Below, in pieces: positions 13,561-24,472 of a stretch of DNA of 64,000 bases. This stretch comes from Camelus dromedarius. Lineage: Eukaryota. A model generated the notes under the pieces. That model searched no databases. It was not told where the DNA came from and worked only from the letters and a program-made list of their open reading frames with translations. Where the stretch lies: contig NC_087436.1 of the NCBI RefSeq assembly GCF_036321535.1, forward strand, positions 20,586,001-20,650,000, read 5' to 3'. The translations under genes were made by a program, and so were the position numbers. Position 1 is the stretch's first letter. Each line of letters starts with the position of its first letter.

Positions 13561-14571
13561 GAGTTTATACATATTCTCATATACATGTATCTACATATAC
13601 ACATATATGCATTAAAAAAAAGTTTTCTGGTTTCCCTGAGGCAAGCAGGCATTCAGCAGTAGCATTTTCTGCTCCTGAGAGAGAAAGTCCACATTGCTGA
13701 GCTCTGCATCGCTTTCGTCTCTGCTGTCAGGGCTGGTGAAGCTCTAGGGGAGCAGGGAAAGAGGCTGACTGAAGTTCACAGAACAGGTTTCGTCTTCTTG
13801 ACTAGGCAGGCTTCTCCTGGGTGAGTCCTGTATGCTAGATGAATTAACGCTTCTGCCCATGTTCCATTCTGGGATCCAAACGTGTGTGGAAGCCAACTTT
13901 CACCTACCTTGTTGGGAACATAAAGTTTCTGTCTTAGTGAACATTCAGTGGAACACATTCTTTCATTCGCTGCCATTTTGAGGAGTCCATCCACAGGCCT
14001 TGCCTCCAGATCTGCTCATAACCAGTTGCCTAATTTTGCTCCTCTTCCATCCATGACCATCTGGCCTAACTATATTCCATTGCCTATGAACAGATGCAGC
14101 GTCCACACCTCTCTCTGTCTTTCCTATCAAACAAAGTGAAAACCTAGGTACACAGCTTCAAAGGTTTGCCTGTTAAGATCCTGTTGATCTGTCAGTGCTG
14201 CCTCAAACACTGTTGCCTCTAGTTAGGCTTCATACATACCTCCAGAAGGAGGTGCTTCCTCCCTCCTTCAAAGTTCCGTCACATTTTGTGCTTCTCTCAC
14301 GGGAATCCTCATACTTCACCTGGCATTCCTGTGATATTTGTCCATCACTAATTACCTTCTTCTACAGTACAAAGGTCTTGGGAATAGGGGTCATTTCTTA
14401 GTCACCATTATATCTCATGTAATACTAATGAAGTATTTTAGACAACATGTATTACTCAAATATTTGTTGACCAGTTGAAATACATTCACAAACACTCTGG
14501 TAGATACTGTGCTAAATATCAAGATGAAGATGGTTGCTACATTTCAAGGAAAGTGTAGACTACTCAAATTG

Positions 14572-14705
14572 GTTTTTGTGGGGGAAGGAGGAGGGAAGCA
14601 ATTGGGGTTTGTTTGTTTGTTTGTTTTAATGGAGGTACTGGGGGTTGAACCCAGGACCTTGTGCATGCTAAGCATGCACTCTACCACTGAGCTATACCCT
14701 CCTCC
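14572..14705 (-). mobile_element. tRNA-Ala-derived SINE (long form)
   Basis: Near-intact tRNA-Ala(AGC) head. TSD tagact(a/g)ctcaaa(t/c)tg at 14556-14571 and 14706-14721. Confidence 0.93.
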
Positions 14706-16689
14706 TAGACTGCTCAAACTGAATGATATCTCAGATCTGTACTTTCAAAGAGGACAAAGTTTATAAGAACTTAAATGGGGCTACAATCAGTGGGTTGGAT
14801 TCTCTCACAACTTACTGGGGTAAGATCAACAGGAGACACGTGGGGCTGAGTAAGGGACCTATTCCCTTAGAGTTTATTTTTTAAGAATAAGGCTTTGCTA
14901 TAGGAAATACTTGAAGCTTAAGAAAAAGTTAATAAAAGAGTCACAAATTTGCTTTACTTTCTAGCTAGTCCTAGCTTAAATAAGGTGAAAAAGAAGCTTT
15001 TTGCCTATATTAGTTATGATAGAATGTACCCCATCTTCTCAGTTCCTGCAGTCCCTGCAACTTCCTGGTGTGTGTTATTCTCAAGCTCCGTGACGAGTCA
15101 CTGGTGACATCCCCCCCAGCTCCCCGTCCTCCTTCTGATGGAAGAGACTCCTGATTGATTTTGATGCCACTTGGGCCGTCTTCAATTGAGTTAGCTGTTG
15201 ACTTGACAGTCACAGGGTTTTTCTTCTGCCATGTCCTATTAATAGGGGAAAATGGGTGGAGAAGAAACCTCTTGTGCCATATTCTACTCGGCTGCTGCTT
15301 GTGCTTTGGGAAGTGGAGGAAGCCAAGAAGGAAAGGGAGAGGCGCAGTCTGTGATGACTAGGAATCCGCCAGACTGCGGGTATATAAATCTCTCTAGCCT
15401 CTGCCTGAGGGAGGCGGATGTTTTGCAGGCTCACAGAAGATGATCTCTGTACGAAAACATGGATGTCAAGAATTATATTCAGATATGAGCGATGACTGCC
15501 CTCTGTTGTTCTCGAACCAGGAAAATGGGTGCCCGTGGAAAAATCAACAAGTAGAGCTGTCACTGACGAAAGGGGTTCAGCTAGATTTGGTTTTACCGTC
15601 TGCCAACCTCAACTCACCAAACGTGCAGTCTGCATATGTTTAGAATTAGCAAGTAGTGTTTTATCCTTCATTACCCCATTTCCCATCCTCCACTCTTGAG
15701 GTTGTGGGTCCAAAATGGAACTAAGCTTCCAGGCTCCTTGGAGGTCACCCATCTCTCAATACAGGTGCAGTGGAAACAGCCACCCTCCCAGCTTAGCTCT
15801 TCCAACTGACTGCCTTGCTTACTGAGTTCTCATTAAGTCTGGAGCTGTTTTATTTTCATGGCTCTCTGGAGGGCTAACTAGCTTTTAAGAAACACCTGCA
15901 GTAAGTCCAGATTCTACACAGCCACCTAAGTTTTCAGAGAATGTTTTCAAGAGCACTGGGGTGGGTGGGGGGAAGAGGGTGAATTTCTTGCCCAGATAAA
16001 TGGAATTGTGACTATGAGAGAAGTTAATCCAACATCCACATTCACTTTCTTTTTTTTCCTTTAACTGATATACCCAAGCCCTAATGCCTTCATTTCCCTT
16101 TCATTTGCAACAGCAAAGCCTCCTTGACCAGAAAAATAAATGTGCAGTTGGCAAGAGCTGAATAGAGGTCTGCTTAAATGATTTTTAATTTATGTTAAAA
16201 TGCTAAGAGCAGTTTTCCAGGTCCCCATTGAATACCTCACAAAATGAAGTTTTTCAAAGCCTACCTTTAAAAAAGGAACTGAAGATTTTAAAATGTTCCC
16301 TTTAATTTTAGCTGCCCCAACTCTACCTTTTATTCCTGCCCTACTGGGATCCAGCAGCTGGTTAGGAGTTTATACTTAGTTGATCTTAGAGCTCTGGTCT
16401 GGAAGTCAGAGACTTGTCTTCTATTCTTGCCTCCAAAATAAAAAACAGCGTTAGTTTGAGCTTAGCCAACTGCACCTTCGCTTGTCTTCTTATAAACAGG
16501 GCAATGACTTGATGTAAAGTACATAAAGAATCATAATCACGTCTTTAGAAAATACTTAGCATTTCTTGGTGTTTTGATATTTGTGACTTTTTTTTTTTTT
16601 TTTTTGACTGGTGTCTTCTTGGAAAGAAACCATGGAAATAACTGACTATCTAAACTGTGAATGCTGTGTTCTTGATTGTTACAGCCTAA

Positions 16690-17056
16690 CTTTTATTATT
16701 GTAGTTGTACAATATTATGTAAGTTACACGTGTACAGTGTACTGATTCATGGTTTTTAAGGATTATACTCCATTTATAGCAATTATAGAATATTGGCTCT
16801 ATTCCCCATGTCGTACAGCACATCCTTGTAGCTTATTTTATACCTAATTGTTTGTACCTCTTAATCCCCTACCTCTGTATTGGCCCCCTTCCCTCTCCCA
16901 ACTGGTAACCACTAGTTTGTTCTCTATCTCTGTGAGTCTGCTTCTTTTTTTAATTATATTCACTAGTTTTTTGTATTTTTTAGATTCCACACATAAGTGA
17001 TGTCCTATAGAATTTGTCTTTTTCTGACTTATTTCACTTAGCATAATATCCTCCAA
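16690..17056 (-). mobile_element. L1 3' end
   Basis: tagttgtacaatattatgtaagttac..ggtaaccactagtttgttctctat..tttagattccacacataagtga..atttcacttagcataat. Confidence 0.88.
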
Positions 17057-18453
17057 TTTTTAATGGCCTAATTTTTAAGCCAATTTGACGTTCATCTGCC
17101 AGCTTAAAATGTTAAAGATGTTTATTGAACAAAGATACAGTCTTGATGATATACACCAATAGATAAGTGCTTAAACAATAAGAATTATCTTAAATGTTGA
17201 AAAGGTAAAAAAAAAAAAGTTCTATTTTAAAGAAAATTTATAAGATGCACTCTCCAAATAAATAGAAATTCCTTTACTAAATGATTTTTACATGATGCCC
17301 CTTCATTACTTAGGATAATAGTCATTAATTATTATTCTTCACTGAGGTGGTTAATCATCCGATGCATTTTTAGTTCTTTTTTTTTTAACTCATTTTTAAC
17401 TTTTTAAATTTAAGTTTCTGCCTATCAGTACGCTAAGTTCCATAGGAGATATTAAAGACATACAAGGTCTTGTCCTCATGCAATTTAGAATTTAGCGTAG
17501 GGCACAAGATTAATGTGTGTGTCGGGGAGGGGAGTGCGGATAACAGAAATGATGATGTTAAATGAGGTATGCTAATTCTAAATGCCTGCAGCTCAGGGAA
17601 GAAAGGCAACATGGAAATGTAAATGATCATGAAAATGTAAGACTTAGGCGAGGTTAGGGAGGAGAGATGGGGCGGTTCCAGATGTGAAAACAATGTAAAA
17701 GACACAAAGGAGGAGATTTATAGCTTGATATTCAGTTCTCTACTAGGCATGTCTGCCTAGATGGCTCCAGCTAAAAACCAAACCATCTTTCTGAAACTCT
17801 CTTTCCTTTTGTGTTCCAGAATCAAGCAGATAACAGCAGTCTCCACCCAGTGTCTTAGACTAGAAAAACCAAGGGTGGTCGTAAATTCTCCCCTCTCTCT
17901 TTCCTCTTACTTCAGTTCTGTCATTCTTTCTCTGTTCTGGGGCTGCCCTTTGAGAGCTCCCAGGATGCTCACTGCCAGGGACCTGAGCTCCATATTGTCG
18001 CTGCCCTTGAACCCTCCCCCTCATTTCAAGTCTTCTCTTTCATTAACTCCCTTTGAGAGATTTGTCCTTGAATTTCTAATCTTGGCCTAATGTTTTCAAA
18101 TCAGTGAATTGATTTTGACTGACTATGCAGCTCTGTCAGGCACTTTCCTGAGTTAAAGTTTCTGGCTTAGTTTCTTAGTGTCCCCCCATGGCAGTCCCGC
18201 TCCGCCCAGCCCGACTGGCTGGGACACCAGACTCTGGCTACGGGCCCGGCTCTCCTGATCCCCTCTTGTCCAGTCCAGTCCAGACAGACAGTCCAGTCTG
18301 TCTCCCTCACATTAGGCATTGATGGGCTTTAGCCTGATATGGTAGATTGAGTTCATATGTTCAGCAAATATTTACTCTCCCTTTCCTTGCCCCATGGGTA
18401 GAGAATCCCACTGTGCCCCACGGACACTGAGCTTGGCTCTGCAACTTTGGCCA

Positions 18454-18965
18454 TGTTGGCTGAAATAAAATCACACCATGTGAGAGTTGTGCGTGAAGTT
18501 TTATTTGGGGCAAAATGAGGACTATAGCCCAGGAGACAGCATCCCAGAAAGCTCTGAGAAACTGCTCCAAAGAGGCAGGGGGAGAACTCAGTATTATATA
18601 TGATTTCAGTGAAGGGGGGTATGTGCTTGAGTGAAGCGCATGTTTGGGCAGAGGCTTGCTGCTAGTCACGAGGAGCAGATGTCACCCTTAATGATTTAAT
18701 GCTTTCCTAGATATGAGGAGATGCAAGAATTGGGGTCATAAAATCTTCTTGTGAAAATCTCTAACTATCTGAAGGCCTGTTCAGCTTGTTTTCCCAGAAC
18801 ACAGAGCACCTCATTCCTGACCTCTGTCCTGAACTCCTTTCAGAGTGTGTTGGAGGTCAGTGGCTGCAGCAGCTCATGATTTAATCCAAGCAGAGTTACA
18901 TGGCAAGTACCAACGTGATCCAGTCCTTGTAGAGGCAGATGGCAAGTGCCAGTTTTTAGTTAGCA
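18454..18965 (-). mobile_element. ERV1 solo LTR, MER41-like (resembles artiodactyl MER41_BT), nested in an older MaLR/ERVL LTR (~18400-19335)
   Basis: TG...CA ends with a 4-bp TSD gcca (18450-18453 and 18966-18969). Antisense poly(A)-signal-like ttttatt. MER41-type core ctctgagaaactgctccaaagagg. Confidence 0.8.
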
Positions 18966-20029
18966 GCCAGGTGACTTTGGCTAGTGTGATGTGGGCAGAA
19001 GGGATGGTGTGCTAGCTCTGAGCAGAGGCTTCAGGAGACATTGCATGTTCTGCCAACCTCCGCTGCCCTCCTGCCATCCACCAACAGAAGAGCATGGCAC
19101 AGAGATGCCATTGCTCCTTCATCCTGGGTCCCGAAATGAAAGACCCATGGAGCACACAAGAATCCACCTAGAGTCTGGAGCCAAGCCCAGCGCAGCCTTG
19201 CTCAGCCCAGCTGAGTTAAAACCAACCCACAGACCCATGAGAAAAAAAAATAAATGTTTGTTGTTGTAAGACACCAAAGTTTTGGAGGAATTGAATATTT
19301 GTTGTTTTAAGCCACTAAGATTAGAGACTGTTTATTCCTGTGGTAAAACCTGACACATATATCTGAATTTCTGCAAAACCTCCTACCTAATCTTCCAGTC
19401 TCTGCTCATACCTTCCTCCCATCTATCCTTCACATTGGATTAAAGATAAATTCTTCAATAGCTCCCATGTCCCACAGGATAAAAATCCAAGATGGAATAA
19501 GACTTACCTGCCCAGCCTTACCTCCCACTGTTCTCGCTCTTACATTTTAAGCTCTTGCCATACCTAACTACCTAATGTTCCTGTGAGTCACAGCATTTGA
19601 ATTGTATTTGTCTCTCTGTGTTCTCTTTTGCAAATGCTGCCAATTCTAAGCCAAATACCTCTCCCTGACCACCTCCCCACCCCGTCCAGCTCTTTTACCT
19701 GCAAAATCCTTATAAGATTTCAGTGTTGCTACCTCTGGAAATTTTGCCGACTTGCCTAAGTCCTCAAAATGATTTGTACAGTTCCATGATAGCATATTTT
19801 TTTTTTTGGAAATAGATTATTTTTATACTTCCCTTTCAGTTAGATTGTGAACAATTTGCTGACAGGAAGTCTCTCTTTCCACCTTTTGAGACTCAATAAA
19901 TGAAGCAATGAACGTTTAGCTGATTTTGAAGTTGAATCTGCGTAATGTCTCATCTGGCTGAACCACTTCCTCTCAACGTGTAACATGAATTTGGATTACC
20001 CCGTCTCTCTCACCAGGATGCTACTTCTT

Positions 20030-20970
20030 GAACTGTACTTGAAACATCAAATGAGCACTCTCCTGTCCCCAATGACCAGAACAAGAAAGCAAGCGTTCCT
20101 GGCACCCTCCTTCTGCTCTCACCAGTCACTACAGCCTCTTGGCAGAGAGAAGCACCATTTGGACTTCTATCACCATAGATTTGTTTTGCCTGTTTTAAAA
20201 CAACATATGAGTGGAATCATATGTGCACTTCCACTCAGTATACTTTGTGAGATTCATTCAAGCCATTGTGAACAGCAGTAGTTCATTTTCACTGCTGTCT
20301 AGCACTCCATGGCCTAAATATAACACAGTTTATTTATCCATTCCACCATTAATATTTAGGTTGTTTCCAGTTTTTGATTCTGATAAATAAGGGTATTATA
20401 AACATTTTTATTTGTGTCTTTTTGGTGTTCATCTATGAACTTCTGTTAAGTATAAACCTAAGAGTGGAATTTCAGGGCCGCAGAGTTCACTTTTGGCAAA
20501 TATGCCTAGACTCTTCGTCAAAGCGATCTTACCAATTGTGTCCCCATCAGTGGTGCATGAGAGTTCTTATTTTACATCCTCACCAACTCCTGATATTGTC
20601 AGTCTTATTAATTTTAGTAATTCTGGTGGACATGCTATGGCTTTAAGTTGCCTTTTCCTGATGACTAATGCCCTTGAACACTTAAAAAAATGTTTATTTA
20701 CCATTTGGATATCTTTTGTGAAATCCCATTTTTCTACCAGATTGCCTTTTCCTTATCTATTTATAAGAATTCTCTGAAATCAATTTGCTAAGTTTGTATA
20801 CTGTATTTTGCTTTTATCTTCTCAAGAGAAATTTGCATGTACTTTTCTTTTTTGTTATATCTTTGTCAAATTTTGAGTCAAGGTTATTCTGGTCTCATAA
20901 AATGAGTTGAAAAGTATTGTTTCTCTATTCTCTGGAAAATTGTAATGTAAGACTGGTGTTATTTCTAATG
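20030..20970 (-). mobile_element. Old L1 fragments
   Basis: atgagtggaatcatat..gagattcattc..tttatccattccacc..ttcctgatgactaatg..ggtctcataaaatgagttg. Confidence 0.75.
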
Positions 20971-20989
20971 TTTTCTCTGAGTCAATATA

Positions 20990-21240
20990 CATAGTGCTTA
21001 AGTTTATGGGCCCTGGAATCAGATTGCTGAGATTGACTCTTGGCTTTGCCACTTTCTAATCTTGTTAACCTTGGGGAAGTTATATAACCTCTTTGTTCCT
21101 TAGCTTTCCCATCTATAAAATGGGGATAATAAAAGTACAACTTTATAAAGTTATTGTCAGGACCTTATGAGTTTTACATATAAAATTCTTAGCACTGTGC
21201 TTGGCACATAGTAGTTTAATAGTTATTAGCTATTATTATT
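20990..21240 (+). mobile_element. MIR SINE
   Basis: ccttggggaagttatataacctctttgttccttagctttcccatctataaaatggggataata..ttagcactgtgcttggcacatagtag. Confidence 0.85.
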
Positions 21241-22559
21241 TGTCCATCACATCAGTGCTTTTGCTTATGGCCTAGTCTTGCATAGACGCTGAAGCTGTGT
21301 TCTCTTTATGGTGTTGGTTTAACAATAAACCTTACTTGGTTTGAGAATGTAAGTAGAACCTTTTCACTGGGATGCCAAAAATCAAATTCTTCCTCACACT
21401 TGGCTTTTTCTCAGGCATACTTTTCCTCTCCTTTTCCTCTATTTTGTGCAATGTCAGGGAAGAGACATCAGAAGCCTTCTGTAGAAATAGTACCCAGAGA
21501 AAGACACACGTCTTCATCATGGTACTTTCGCAGTGTCGTAGTGGGGTGTGGCTCCGCACGGCAAATATGCCAGTGGTTAGAGGGGAGTCAGGACTTTTGA
21601 TTTTCACTGCCTGGGTGACTGACCTCAGAGATCCTCAGTTTTTCTTTTTAACAAAAGGAAGCCCCGCCTTCCCAGGGTGTGGCTTGAATTCCTGGTTTGG
21701 TGGTTGTTAGGGGCCCTGAAAATACCATGAAGCTTTAAAGCAATGGTAGAGTCATTACTATGCAAATTTTTTTTTCCCTTTTAGCCTTTGTGCCACTAAA
21801 ACACCACTTAAGTGGGATGTCTGTTTTCATCTGGCTTATAGCTGAGATGTAAGATGCATGGCTGTCTCATTAACACCACATCTTCATCAGAAAAATCACA
21901 AAAAATTACGGTTAAATGGGTTCCCCTGTGATTTTTCTCTTATCTTTTCCCCGCTTTACTGGTTTCTCTCTGCTCCCACCATGTCTTCTCTCTGTCTGCT
22001 TTCTACTTTGGAATAAATGATCTATTCCAGACCCCCACCCCGACACACGTACCCTTCCTTTTGCAGAGCCCCTGACCTACAGGAAGCACTTCATGTAGGC
22101 AGGGTTCCTCCCATCGTTTCCTTCTGAGGAACGGAAAAAACAGAAAGATAACAGCAAAAATTGCTGTGAAATTCCTCTGGTTTACAGGTGTCTGGTCTGC
22201 TGAAGAGAATTGCTCCCCTCTAGCACTCAAGCAGCTACAGAAATATCTGCCGTTGCAAAAAAAATGTATAATTTTTACGATTTTGTGCTTTTCCTTAGCC
22301 TTAGTGGTTTAAAATTCTACTCATCTTTTACGGCACAGATTAAATTTTACCTCATTTGTGATGTGATTCTGATGTCAGAATGAGATGATGGATTTCCTTT
22401 GTATTTTGTGTCTCTTCCTACTGTAATATTTCTATCATAGATATGACTCTCAATTCAAAATCCTAGATGTGTAAGCAATGTGATGTTATTTTTATCACTG
22501 TGTTTTATCTTTTTGAAATCAAATCATTGTTTTCTTCCCCTTTCCTCTAAGATTGGAAG

Positions 22560-22980
22560 TGACAGAGACAGAATTGGTGGCCCTCATTCTTCACTTTTCC
22601 CTTGTCATGTAACTTTGTGTGACCCTCCCACTGTGGACAAGGTTATCCACAGCCATTGACTCTGGGACTTGCTTCAGTCAGTGGGATATTAGCAAGCATG
22701 ATGTGATCAAAGGCTTGAAACATCTAGGTAGGGTTAAGTTTGCTTATTCTTGGGTCTTCACTGTCACCTTGAAAAGGAAAAGCTTGAACTAGCCTGCTAG
22801 TCCCAGGAAAATGGCGAGAGACATATACAGCAGAATTTACCCCTAGTCACACCAGCCTGGCTCAGCAAACTCCCAGCTAACCTGCAAACACGTAAGTGAA
22901 ATCAGTGATTATTGTTCTAAGCTACTGAGTTTTGGGATGCTTTGTTATGCAGCATTTTTCCAGCAGAGCCAACTGATATA
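22560..22980 (+). mobile_element. Old MaLR LTR (MLT1H/I-like)
   Basis: 3' end tattgttctaagctactgagttttgggatgctttgttatgcagcat..actgata. Confidence 0.6.
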
Positions 22981-24059
22981 TTATGTAAATTATGATCATG
23001 AGAGTGGCATTTTTCTAAGATTCTTTAACGGATTCTTGTTCCCATCTGCTCCTTCATCATCAATCTATTGAAATCATTGGTCATGTTTTCCTCATATTGA
23101 CCAAATGATCCCTGGAATCCAGCTCTCCTGTCTCTCAACAACTTCTGTGATTTTCTCATACACAGTTGTATGAGGCAGGTCTACTTAGTTACTCTGTGCT
23201 ATGTTGAGGCAACTCTGAAAGACATGTTACCTCCCTGAGCTCCGCACAAGAACTGCAGCATAGTTTCCTCTGGCATTTCACCCCCCAGCCTATCTGAAGT
23301 TTCTGTTATTTCCTCTTCCTTCCCCAAGTCTCAGCCCAGCGCTGGTTAGGTGGAGAGTGAGGAATAAGGCTCCTTATCAGAGAAACAGCCTAAGTCTAAA
23401 GTCTGTCACTTCAGCTCCTTTCTATGTCCTTCATCTCTCAAACCTTTTCTCTTTCCGGGGGCAGAAAAACAAATTCTGACTGATGATGCATTCTTCTAAC
23501 TCTGTTGTTTCTGATGTAAATTTTAGGACTTTGGTTCTTAAAAGCTTTCACTTAGAAACCTAGAAATTTGCCTTTTTTGTTTTCTTCGTGCAATGAATGT
23601 CTTATGATAAAGTCTTATTCCTGGAATGGCAGAGGGTTACAGGGTAAAAGGAAAAATAAATGTATGTTAATATAGCAAAATATTATCCTGCCACACATTC
23701 TCTTATCAATAAAAAGTAGGCTTGCTAAATGACCCATATCTCCAGTTCAGGCCTCTCTCCTGGATTTCAGATCTATATATCCCACCTCCTCTTGGATGTC
23801 CTGCAGAAATCTCAAGCTCAACACGTCCAGAAATGATCATATCTTCCTGCCTTGATCTAATCATTATCTAGGCTTTTTTAAAAAAAAATTTTAATGACTG
23901 GCATTGTTATCCACCCAACTGTCTGGAAAGATCCCTGGGAAAACTTTCTGCCTGTGTCTTTCTTTCACATCTTACATCCAATCATTAATGTACATCCTAC
24001 ATTTCTTTCTCTGTATTCCTTCTATGTAGGCTAACAGAACCCACTGTTACCTGTCTCCC

Positions 24060-24322
24060 TTTTTTGTTTTTTTTAATTGAGGTATAGTCAGTTTAGAATA
24101 TTTTATTAATGTCTGGTGTACAGCACAATGCTTCAGTCATACAAGAACATACATATATTCATTTTCATATTCTTTTTCATTGTGAGCTACTACAAGATAT
24201 TGAATATATTTCCCTGTGCTATACAGTAAAAACTTGCTCATCTATTTTATATATACCAGTCAGTATCTGCAAATCACGAACTCCCAGTTTATCCCTTCCC
24301 ACCCTCCTCCCCCTGGCAACCA
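24060..24322 (-). mobile_element. Young L1 3' tip
   Basis: ttgaggtatagtcagttt..atttccctgtgctatacagta..cccctggcaacca. Flanking repeat tctccct. Confidence 0.88.
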
Positions 24323-24349
24323 CTCTCCCTTTTTAAAAATCTTAAAAAA

Positions 24350-24472
24350 TTTTTTTTTTTTTAATTTTATGGAGGGGGAGGTAACTAGCTTTATTTATTT
24401 ATTTACTTAATGGAGATACTGGGGATTGAACCCAGGACCTTGTGCATGCTAGGCATGTGCTCTATCCTCCCT
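24350..24472 (-). mobile_element. tRNA-Ala-derived SINE (long form, internal deletion)
   Basis: gggggaggtaact..tggagatactggggattgaacccaggaccttgtgcatgctaggcatgtgctcta. Confidence 0.88.

Noticed and set aside
14630..14702. Apparent tRNA-Ala gene
   Set aside because: It has a TSD, an A-rich tail and CpG decay, and six related copies occur in the window, so it is a SINE.
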